Origin: Candidatus Lustribacter sp.
GTDB lineage: Bacteria; Vulcanimicrobiota; Vulcanimicrobiia; Vulcanimicrobiales; Vulcanimicrobiaceae
Assembly (NCBI GenBank): GCA_965277805.1
Contig: OZ255842.1
Span: forward strand, 3,840,001 to 3,904,000
Length of the DNA stretch: 64,000 nt
Direction of reading: 5' to 3'
Made by a program: the position numbers and the translations under genes. The notes beneath the pieces are model-generated. The model was not told the DNA's origin. It saw nothing but the letters and a program-made list of their open reading frames with translations, and did no database searches. Below, in pieces: positions 34,731-42,993 of the stretch. Position 1 is the first letter of the stretch. Each line of letters opens with the position of its first letter.

Positions 34731-36811
34731 GGTTTGCTCAGCGGGGTCGGTTCGACGTGGGGCCGCGGGGCGGTGACGATCGTTCCGAGCGGCGCCGTGC
34801 TATAGACGAACAAGGCGTCGGTGACGTAGCGCTCTTCGCTGAAGTCCGACGGCGTATTGCGCACGGTCGTCGCGCTATTGCCCGGCGCGCGCGAAACGAG
34901 CGTCACCGAACCGCCGGAATCGAGCGCCATCGCATCGATCATGCCGTAGCCGCGCAACAGCTCGCCGAACTCGGGCCGCGTCATGCCGATCGAGCGTTCC
35001 GGATGACGGCCGTCGACCGATGCGAACATCAGCGTGCCGTCGGGCATCGTGCCGATCGCGATCACCGGCCATTGCACGTCACGCTCGTCGGGCGCAGGCG
35101 CGTGCTTGTCTTCGTACCATTGCCCGTCTTTGAGCAGCAACGGACCCGAACCGATGCCGGCCACCGCGCCCGGCACCGGCGGATCGATCGCATAGCTGAG
35201 ATCGATCACATCTCCGGGCTTCGGCAGCGGCTCGCGTGCCAGCGGGCCGAAGCCGATGCCCCACGTCACCGGGGTCGCGACCGTCATCGGATGCAGGGAG
35301 AGTACGCGGTAGCGCGTATCGCCGAGCGGCTGCAGCGCGGCGAACGTCACGCCGGGCGCCGCCGGCAGCGTCTTGCCGAAATCGGGAGTAATAATCACCG
35401 CATCGCGCGTCGGCCACGAGTTGAAGAGCGTGACCGGATAGGAGCGCGTGCCGTCGACGGCTTTGGCGCGCAGATGGAAGCGCGCGAACGTGGGTTTGTT
35501 CGTGCGATCGAAGATCACCGCTTCGTGATCGGTCGGGCCGTGATAGAGCACGCCGGACTTGATCAGCAATCCCTGCGGTTCGTAGGTGCGGCCGATGTCG
35601 AAGTAGTCGCCGTTCGCGCCGGCGACCGCGTGCGTGCGCAGCGCGAGGTCGGACGTGCGTTCGCCGGTCGAGATGATGTGATCGTGCGAGAGCGCGGTGT
35701 CGAAGTGCAGCGTCGGTTCCTTCGGATCGATTGCGATCAACTGGATAACGTGCGGAACCGCTTTGGTCGTCATCGCGTACTGGCCGAACGTGATACCCGG
35801 CGCCGTCGTCTCGACGTTCATCCAGCGCAGGTTCGGCTGTTGCGCGATCAGCCCGAACATGTGCGCGAGCGCGCGCAGATCGCGCGTTCCCGAGCCGAAG
35901 ATTCGCCCCCAATCGATGCCGTCGTGCACTTCGCCGACCGCCGCCACCGGCGTGCCGTCATCGAGGATGGCGTCGAGGCCGGTGCTGCCCACGCCGTCGG
36001 GCGCGACCGTCACGTTGCCGGTCAGCGCGTGCAGCGCGTGCCCCTGAATCGAACCGCGAACGCCGTCGAGCGCGAGCCTGCCGTGCAACCCGTCCGCCGA
36101 CGTGAACGCGACCTTATGTGCTTCGCCGGCGCTCAAGACCACGTCGGGGTTGGCGAACAATGCGGCGACCGGCGCAACCGGCAACGCGTCTGCGGTCAAA
36201 TGCTGCTCGACGTTCTGCCCGTCGTCGACCGCGTTCGCGCTGAACGGATACGCCGTATCGCCGATGACGTTGCCGTGCAGATCGTAGGTGAGGTGCGTGG
36301 CCGCATCGAGCGTACCGTTCAAGCCGGCGACCTCCAGCTTGGCTGCACCGGTGCTGCGTACCAGCGACAGCGTCGCATTATTCAAGCGGACGTGCAGATG
36401 GGCGAGATTGAGCGTGTGCGCGGCACTCGGCGCACCGTTCAGTTCATCGCCCGTCACGCGATCGACGGCAACCGTAACGTGCAGACCGGTCGGACGCACG
36501 TCCCAAGCGTCACCGTTGACCGCATAGGCGACGCGATCGGCCGTGACCGTTGCCGATCCGCTTGCGGTCTGCGCACTCACGCCTTCCAGGATCGTGAGCC
36601 CGTCTTCACGGCGCAGATTTGCGATCGTGGCGTTGCCGCCGACGGCACCCGACAACGCCCGCTCGACGACCATCTTCTCGATCGCATCGTGCGCCGCGGC
36701 CGCGAACGCGATGAGGAAGATGACGATGCACGCGCCGATGACGGCGTAGCGATGCCACGTGGGCCGAGGGAACGTGCGCTTCGCTGAAGCAACACCGCTT
36801 TTGATGGTCAC
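34727..36811 (-). CDS. Membrane-anchored phosphodiester glycosidase (NAGPA) family protein with beta-rich N-terminal region (start uncertain)
   Basis: N-terminal TM, about 300 aa beta-rich region, then AGANGDYF, GSGP, VDGR, LDSGGS, NTPSD. Confidence 0.85.
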   Translation of the reverse strand: MTIKSGVASAKRTFPRPTWHRYAVIGACIVIFLIAFAAAAHDAIEKMVVERALSGAVGGNATIANLRREDGLTILEGVSAQTASGSATVTADRVAYAVNGDAWDVRPTGLHVTVAVDRVTGDELNGAPSAAHTLNLAHLHVRLNNATLSLVRSTGAAKLEVAGLNGTLDAATHLTYDLHGNVIGDTAYPFSANAVDDGQNVEQHLTADALPVAPVAALFANPDVVLSAGEAHKVAFTSADGLHGRLALDGVRGSIQGHALHALTGNVTVAPDGVGSTGLDAILDDGTPVAAVGEVHDGIDWGRIFGSGTRDLRALAHMFGLIAQQPNLRWMNVETTAPGITFGQYAMTTKAVPHVIQLIAIDPKEPTLHFDTALSHDHIISTGERTSDLALRTHAVAGANGDYFDIGRTYEPQGLLIKSGVLYHGPTDHEAVIFDRTNKPTFARFHLRAKAVDGTRSYPVTLFNSWPTRDAVIITPDFGKTLPAAPGVTFAALQPLGDTRYRVLSLHPMTVATPVTWGIGFGPLAREPLPKPGDVIDLSYAIDPPVPGAVAGIGSGPLLLKDGQWYEDKHAPAPDERDVQWPVIAIGTMPDGTLMFASVDGRHPERSIGMTRPEFGELLRGYGMIDAMALDSGGSVTLVSRAPGNSATTVRNTPSDFSEERYVTDALFVYSTAPLGTIVTAPRPHVEPTPLSKP

Positions 36812-37589
36812 CCGCTTCCTCGCCTGGACGGCCTTCGTTTGCTTCATGCTGATGGCAGCACCCGTAAGGGGAGCGAGTGACGGACTTCCGCAGATCGCTT
36901 CCGGTGGACGAACGCCGTACGTCGCCGTCATCGTGTGGCACGACGTCGTTCCGGCGAAGGAACTTTGGTTCGACACCCCGCTCGATACCTTCAAAACGCA
37001 GCTCGCCGCGATCGCGCGCGGCGGCTATCACGTGATCACGCTCGAGACGTTGCGCGCGCACCTCGAGCACGGCGCACCGTTACCGGGCAAGCCGCTCGCC
37101 TTGACCTTCGATGACAACGGCCACGGCATCTACGAAAACGCCTTCCCGTTGCTACGGCAGTATCATTATCCCGCCACAATGTTCGTGCACTCGAACTTCG
37201 TCGGCACGACGACGCACGGCAAGCGGCACACGACCTGGCCGCAGTTGCTCGAGATGTCGCGCAGCGGCATCATGACGATCCAGAGCCTCACCGCCAATCA
37301 TCCGCCCGATCTGCGGCAGCTCAGCGACGCGGATGTGGTGCACGAGCTCACGCTCTCGCGCACGTCGCTGCAGTATCACCTCGGCCATAAGATCTACGCG
37401 CTCGTCTATCCCGAAGACAACTACGACGAACGGCTCGAGAAGCTCGCCGCAGCCAACGGCTACGACATGGCGTTCATCGAGGATTGGGGCAGCGCCGGCG
37501 AATCCGCCAACCTGCTGGAAATCCACCGCTACTCCGCCCTCACCCGCTTCCCCCAAGCCCTATCGGACGTCGCAGCCGGCCATAGCTAA
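36804..37589 (+). CDS. Polysaccharide deacetylase family protein, secreted
   Basis: Signal peptide, IVWHD, LTFDDN, TWPQL.EM, SLTANH, VYP. Confidence 0.85.
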   Translation: MVTRFLAWTAFVCFMLMAAPVRGASDGLPQIASGGRTPYVAVIVWHDVVPAKELWFDTPLDTFKTQLAAIARGGYHVITLETLRAHLEHGAPLPGKPLALTFDDNGHGIYENAFPLLRQYHYPATMFVHSNFVGTTTHGKRHTTWPQLLEMSRSGIMTIQSLTANHPPDLRQLSDADVVHELTLSRTSLQYHLGHKIYALVYPEDNYDERLEKLAAANGYDMAFIEDWGSAGESANLLEIHRYSALTRFPQALSDVAAGHS

Positions 37590-40018
37590 TTTGTGCGGAT
37601 CGAAGCGGCTAACTTGACTGCCTGATCTTCATCGTCATGCGCTCCACGTTCTAGGAGCATTGCTCGCAACGCGCTGGAAAGACCCGTGTCCAGGGCGCTC
37701 ATCAGAAGCTCACGAGGCCGCGCCTCGGTTTTCCCGAGAACAATGCCGAGTTGCGAAAAACGGCGTTCGACGAAGCCGGTCAAACGAGCTGCTGATTCAA
37801 GCTCGCCGTTTAGGGCTGCCACGGTCGCCAGATGCTGCAGCGCGACCAAAACGATTAGCTGGTCGCTCCCGCGCGCCGCCGCGACCGCCATCGTGCCCGC
37901 GGTATGCGCTCCCGGCAGGTCGCCCGCGACGATGCGATATCCCGCAAGATTGCAAAGGAGGTACATCTCATCTCGTCGCGAGCCGGAGCGGTTCGCATCT
38001 TCGAGCGCCGCCTCTGCAGCGGCGATTGCTGCCGGCACGTTACCAGAGAGGTATTCGACGTCGGCCAAATAGTGCCCGATATGCGAAAGATAGAATTCTT
38101 CGTCAAGTGCCCTGCAGAACTCGAGAGCAATTAAAAAGTCGGCTCGGGCGTCTGACAGTCTTGCGCAGTCCTTTGCAATGCACGCACGTTCCATATGCGT
38201 GTGCATTGCCAGGCGAGGGCGGCGCTTCGGCGTTTTCTCGATGCCTGCGAATGCCTGTTCGAGTACGCGCTCAGCCTGTTCGAACTCACCCAATTGCCGT
38301 AACCTCGAAGAGAGGTTAATGAGGAGCATTACCTCTCCATCCCCACCAAGCGCCCGATCGAAATCAACGGCGCGGCGTGCAAGCTCCACGCCTGCAGATC
38401 GTTCGACAATACGAGATCGAAATTCCAGGACGTCAACAACCGTCCAAGACACCTCGTTTAAGTCGACCGTTGGGGAGAGCTCATCGAAATAGCCGCGTAA
38501 CTCTTCATCAAGTCCGCTCTCGTACCAGAGCGAGCGCAGTCCGCAAACGATCTCCAGCGCGTCGGCTTGGCGGCCTCTTTCGCCCATCGTCCACCGAAGC
38601 GCACTTCGAATATTATCTAACTCAGGATAGAACGCGCTGCGCCAGTCGGAGCGGTTCGTAAAAGAGCGCAACCCAACGGCATGCCGGGCCAAGCCGGCAA
38701 CCCATGAGGCATGCCGATCGGCAATGGCTCGGTGTTCGCCGGCTTCCTCGGCCTTTGCCTTGGCAAATGCGCAATGAACCTGCAACATTGAGTACCGCGG
38801 AATCTCTTGAGCCAGATTGCATTGGACGAGCGCCTTTTCGAAGAGCGCACTCATTGCGTCTCGCACGTTCGATTCGGAAAGCGCATCGTCAGAACATACG
38901 GTTTGCGCCGCTTCAAGGGTCCATCCGCCGGAGAACGCGCTCAGCCGTCGATAGAGTGTCCGCTCGCTAAATCCGAGCGAGGAGAAGCTCCAGTCCAGTG
39001 TGGCTTGCATCGTTCGCTGACGAGGTGGCAGATCGCGGTTGCCAACCAGATTTAGTCCGACGCTTTTCGAAACCTCATCACGTAGTGCTTCGAGCCCGCC
39101 TGGAGTAACACGCGATGCGACGATTTCGATCGCGAGCGGGATTCCGTCTACCGCCCGGCAGATGTCGGCGATCGCAGATAGCCGGACCGGCATTGCAACC
39201 TCCGGCGCCATCACGCTAGCCCTTTCGATGAACAGCTGAACGGCCGGCGAGTGTCGTAAGACTTCGACATTGCTCGTAGCCGGTGGAATCGGCAACGGCG
39301 CGAGTGGATAGACGGCTTCGCCTGCGATGCGTAAGCGCTCTCGGCTGGTCGCCAAGATTGCCACCGAAGGACACGCTTCGCGAAGTCTGCTCGCGAGCGT
39401 TGCGGCGGCTCCGATGACGTGCTCGCAATTGTCAAGCACGATCAAGAGATCTCGCTCGCGGAGCGCAGCGGCGATACGTTCGACCCCTTTGGCACCGGCT
39501 CGGACATCGATGCCAAAAATTCCGCCGACGACGGTCGCTACGTCAGCCTCATTACTTCGCGACCCAAGATCGGCAAACCAGAGGCCGTCTTTTTTCCTTC
39601 CCCCGAAGCCGTGCGCGACCGCAAGTGCCGTGCGTGTCTTTCCGACGCCTCCGTCTCCCGTGATGGTAACGATCTTCAAGCGCCCCAGCATATCGGAAAT
39701 GGCGGCCACATCGCCTTGCCGTCCAAAAAATGAGTCTGCTTCAACGGGAAGGTTTGACATCGTTCGCGCCGGCTCCGACGCCCTGTTCTGCGCGGGCTTA
39801 CGCTGCGCCGACGCCTCGAAGTCCGCCCGCTCGATGCCCGACAGGCCCAATACATCGGCCAGCATCGCTACGGTTGCCCGGTGAGGAACTCCGCGGATAC
39901 CGCGTTCGTACGCGCTCACCGCAGCCGGACTGATTTGAGCGAGTTCCGCTAGCGCTTCCTGCGACAGGCTCGCTTCGAGGCGCCACTTCCGCAAGAGCAG
40001 CCCGAACGTAAACGACAC
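37586..40018 (-). CDS. XRE-HTH + STAND (NB-ARC-like) ATPase + TPR regulator
   Basis: LSQEALAE HTH, GDGGVGKT, LIVLDNCEH, TSRE, DGIPLAIE, C-terminal TPR-like helices; visibly more AT-rich codons. Confidence 0.9.
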   Translation of the reverse strand: MSFTFGLLLRKWRLEASLSQEALAELAQISPAAVSAYERGIRGVPHRATVAMLADVLGLSGIERADFEASAQRKPAQNRASEPARTMSNLPVEADSFFGRQGDVAAISDMLGRLKIVTITGDGGVGKTRTALAVAHGFGGRKKDGLWFADLGSRSNEADVATVVGGIFGIDVRAGAKGVERIAAALRERDLLIVLDNCEHVIGAAATLASRLREACPSVAILATSRERLRIAGEAVYPLAPLPIPPATSNVEVLRHSPAVQLFIERASVMAPEVAMPVRLSAIADICRAVDGIPLAIEIVASRVTPGGLEALRDEVSKSVGLNLVGNRDLPPRQRTMQATLDWSFSSLGFSERTLYRRLSAFSGGWTLEAAQTVCSDDALSESNVRDAMSALFEKALVQCNLAQEIPRYSMLQVHCAFAKAKAEEAGEHRAIADRHASWVAGLARHAVGLRSFTNRSDWRSAFYPELDNIRSALRWTMGERGRQADALEIVCGLRSLWYESGLDEELRGYFDELSPTVDLNEVSWTVVDVLEFRSRIVERSAGVELARRAVDFDRALGGDGEVMLLINLSSRLRQLGEFEQAERVLEQAFAGIEKTPKRRPRLAMHTHMERACIAKDCARLSDARADFLIALEFCRALDEEFYLSHIGHYLADVEYLSGNVPAAIAAAEAALEDANRSGSRRDEMYLLCNLAGYRIVAGDLPGAHTAGTMAVAAARGSDQLIVLVALQHLATVAALNGELESAARLTGFVERRFSQLGIVLGKTEARPRELLMSALDTGLSSALRAMLLERGAHDDEDQAVKLAASIRTN

Positions 40019-40048
40019 GTGGCTCCATCTTCGCCGCCGCGATTCCGC

Positions 40049-40067
40049 GACGATTGTATGAATCGTC
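40049..40067. promoter_or_regulatory. Palindromic operator candidate
   Basis: GACGATT-GTATG-AATCGTC in the divergent spacer. Confidence 0.4.
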
Positions 40068-40238
40068 TGTGTTCCATTCCCCGTCGCCCCGATATCGTGG
40101 AGGACACAGACGCTACGCTCTGTTCTTTACGACTCGCTGCTTTTCCGCGGAGGTCATGCCGTGACTCCTAGTTTCAACGCGCCCTCGCGCACGACCGCCG
40201 CCGCATCACCACCCACTACCGCACAAGGAGCATCCAAA

Positions 40239-41057
40239 ATGTTTTTCACGCTCAAAGACGGGACCGAACTCTTCTACAAAGACTGGGGTACCGGGAAACC
40301 GCTTTTCTTTCATCACGGCTGGCCGCTAAGCGCCGACGACTGGGACACGCAGATGATGTTCTTCTTACAGCGTGGCTATCGCGTCATCGCACACGACCGC
40401 CGAGGGCACGGCCGGTCGACGCAAACGGCCACAGGGAACGACATGGACACCTACGCTTCCGACGTTGCAGAACTCGTCCGATCGCTCGATCTTCGGGACG
40501 CCATTCATATTGGGCATTCGACCGGCGGCGGCGAAGTGACGCGCTACGTCGCGCGCCATGGCAACGGTCGCGTTCGGAAGGCCGTCATCATTAGCGCGAT
40601 ACCGCCGGTCCTCATCAAGTCCGAGTCGAACCCGGAAGGCGTCCCGCGGGAAGCGATCGACGGAATTCGCGAAGGCACCGCCTACAATCGCGCGCAGTTC
40701 TACCAGGACATCACCATTCCGTTTTACGGTTACAACCGCCCCGGGGCCAAGATCTCGCAGGGCATTCGCGACAACTGGTGGCGTCAAGGCATGATGGGCG
40801 GCATCAAAGCCCACTACGATTGCGTCAAAGTGTTCTCAGAAACCGACTTTCACGAAGATCTCAAGCTCATCGACGTCCCCGTGCTGGTGATGCATGGCGA
40901 AGACGATCAAATCGCGCCATTCCTTGCGACCGGCGCAAAATCGGTGAAATTGCTGAAGCACGGAACGCTCAAGTCATATCCCGGATTCTGTCACGGGATG
41001 CCGGCCACGAACGCGGAGCAAATCAACGCCGACCTGCTCGCGTTTATCGAGGCCTGA
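40239..41057 (+). CDS. Non-heme chloroperoxidase-type alpha/beta hydrolase
   Basis: FYKDWG, HGWPLS, HDRRGHGRS, GHSTGG, HGEDDQI, HG; AAGGAG RBS. Confidence 0.93.
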   Translation: MFFTLKDGTELFYKDWGTGKPLFFHHGWPLSADDWDTQMMFFLQRGYRVIAHDRRGHGRSTQTATGNDMDTYASDVAELVRSLDLRDAIHIGHSTGGGEVTRYVARHGNGRVRKAVIISAIPPVLIKSESNPEGVPREAIDGIREGTAYNRAQFYQDITIPFYGYNRPGAKISQGIRDNWWRQGMMGGIKAHYDCVKVFSETDFHEDLKLIDVPVLVMHGEDDQIAPFLATGAKSVKLLKHGTLKSYPGFCHGMPATNAEQINADLLAFIEA

Positions 41058-41075
41058 CGCCTCTTGCGCGGCATA

Positions 41076-41915
41076 TTAAAGCCAAATGCCGGTGATCGGC
41101 GCCGCAGTGGCGGCTTTGCCGCTGAGGGGTAAGCCGTAGAGGTCTTCGAGCGTGCGCAGGACGTTGTAGTGGTTGATGCGCTGCGGGTAGCGGCCGGCAC
41201 GGATCATCGGGCCGACGAACATTGTCGGTATCGAGTTGACCGCATCGTAGCCTTCATCCCACGTGAAGATGACCAGCGTGTCGTGCGTCGCCGCCCACTT
41301 CAAGAGCGGCGTCAGATGCGCGGCGGCCCAATCGTCGCCTTCCTTGACCGTGCCGCTGTGCATGTCGTCGTCGACGTCGGGAACGATGAACGTCACCGTC
41401 GGTAATTGGTCGAACGACGTTAGGTCGTCGAGCGGGCGATGCAGTTGCTGCGGGATGTTGGTGAAGTGCGTCCATGGCGCGTGTTTTTGCGCGTACGTCC
41501 CGGCCCAACAGCCTACGAAGCCGGCCTTCGGTAACGCTTCGGAATACGCGACGAACGTAAGGTGTGCGGCGAGCAGTTCGCTCGCGATGTTCGGTGCATC
41601 CGCAGGAACGTCGCGCGCGGGGCAACCGTCGCCATTGGTATTCGTGAGGCCGGCGAAGAGCGCGAAGTAGTTCGGTTGGCTCGGGTGCATGACGCCGTAT
41701 GCGTGCGTGAACAACGCGCCCGACCGCGCGACCGTGGCGAGATAGGGTGCGTTGCCGCTCTCGACGACTTGCGCGAGCGTGTGGTTCTCTTCAATGACGA
41801 CCACAACGTGCGCCGGCCGCGGCAACGTCGCGGCTCGCGCGCCGCTTCCGAATAGTAACGCCACGATGAGCGCGACCACGATGAAGGCGGCCCCTCGACA
41901 AGCTCGGGGTGACAT
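41076..41915 (-). CDS. Secreted acid phosphatase / phosphoesterase (SapM-like)
   Basis: HVVVVIEENH, HPSQPNY, KHAPW, DDMH, TWDEG, HYNVLRT; signal peptide. Confidence 0.9.
   Translation of the reverse strand: MSPRACRGAAFIVVALIVALLFGSGARAATLPRPAHVVVVIEENHTLAQVVESGNAPYLATVARSGALFTHAYGVMHPSQPNYFALFAGLTNTNGDGCPARDVPADAPNIASELLAAHLTFVAYSEALPKAGFVGCWAGTYAQKHAPWTHFTNIPQQLHRPLDDLTSFDQLPTVTFIVPDVDDDMHSGTVKEGDDWAAAHLTPLLKWAATHDTLVIFTWDEGYDAVNSIPTMFVGPMIRAGRYPQRINHYNVLRTLEDLYGLPLSGKAATAAPITGIWL
41887..41914 (-). repeat. 28-bp REP-like element, variant copy 3 (overlaps phosphatase start codon)
   Basis: TGTCACCCCGAGCTTGTCGAGGGGCCGC on minus strand; the two changes form a compensatory T-A to C-G pair. Confidence 0.88.
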
Positions 41916-41937
41916 CACATCTCCACTCGCGGCCGCG

Positions 41938-42993
41938 TCACTGTTCGCCTTCGAAGTAGTCGAGGGACGGTTCGCTGCGCACGATGATGCCGGTCGCCTC
42001 GACCATTACTTTGCGCGAATCGGGATAGTGGCAGACGTCGCCCGCATCGATGTTGGCGAACATCAGGATCACGGCCGAGGTGTCGCCTTCGTTCGAGAGC
42101 CGGTGCGCGCCGCGCTCGCCGGTCGGAAACGCGATCACGTCGCCGGGCCGCAGTTCGAAGGTGCCTTGGGGCGTTCGCAGCGTCGGCGTGCCCGACCACA
42201 CGACGAACGCTTCTTCTTCCTGCGTGTGCCAATGATTGGGGCAGTAGACTTCGCCGCGCTCGAGCACGCCGAGCGCGTATCCCAAGCGCGTCGCGCCGAG
42301 CAGCCGGCCGACCTCGGCCGCCGAACCGGTGTACGGCGGCGGGCCGTCGTCGGGCGCGATAGCGAGCTCGTCGAGGTTCACGCGCCGCGTCAGCACGCCG
42401 TTGCGCGCATCGAGCATGTCGCACAGCGCTTCCCAGCCGTGGTGAAACACCGGCATGCCGTCGCCGACGAGCAGGTGCCGTACGCCCAGCGCCAGCAGCT
42501 GCCGCACCGAAAGCGCCGCGCGCGCCGCGTCTTCGAGTTTTTCATCGGGCATCAGCCGGACCGCGCCGGCGGGTACGCCCCACAACGCGTCGCCCGTGAT
42601 GGCGCTGCGATTGTTGCGGTGCACGAGCGCGAATTCGCCCGGCGTCTTGAATCCGTCGAGGCCAACGACGCTCCAGCCGAAGATCGATTCGCCGTGCCCA
42701 AGCGTGCGCGCGACGGGAACGCTCATCTCGTCCGCATCGGGCAGCGACGCGATCACCGGCACGTTGTAGCGCTGGGCGAACAGCGCGGCCGCGCGCTCGT
42801 GATCGCGATTGGTGATAACGACCGCCGCCAAACCCCGTTCGTCGACGAACGCCAGATCGTCGTCATCCGGCTCGAGCGGGTCGACCACCATGTTGCCGCC
42901 GTCGCCGGCGACGAACCACGCGTTGAAGAACATCGCGCGATCGGCTTGCCAGCGCGACCACGTCCACACACCCGGCACGATCGTGGTCTGCAT
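41938..42993 (-). CDS. MBL-fold domain + cupin domain fusion protein
   Basis: VVDP, ITNRDHER, KTPGE, TGDA, LVGDG in the N-half; HWHTQEEE, LRPGDVIAFP..AHRLSN and YPDS in the C-half. Confidence 0.8.
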   Translation of the reverse strand: MQTTIVPGVWTWSRWQADRAMFFNAWFVAGDGGNMVVDPLEPDDDDLAFVDERGLAAVVITNRDHERAAALFAQRYNVPVIASLPDADEMSVPVARTLGHGESIFGWSVVGLDGFKTPGEFALVHRNNRSAITGDALWGVPAGAVRLMPDEKLEDAARAALSVRQLLALGVRHLLVGDGMPVFHHGWEALCDMLDARNGVLTRRVNLDELAIAPDDGPPPYTGSAAEVGRLLGATRLGYALGVLERGEVYCPNHWHTQEEEAFVVWSGTPTLRTPQGTFELRPGDVIAFPTGERGAHRLSNEGDTSAVILMFANIDAGDVCHYPDSRKVMVEATGIIVRSEPSLDYFEGEQ

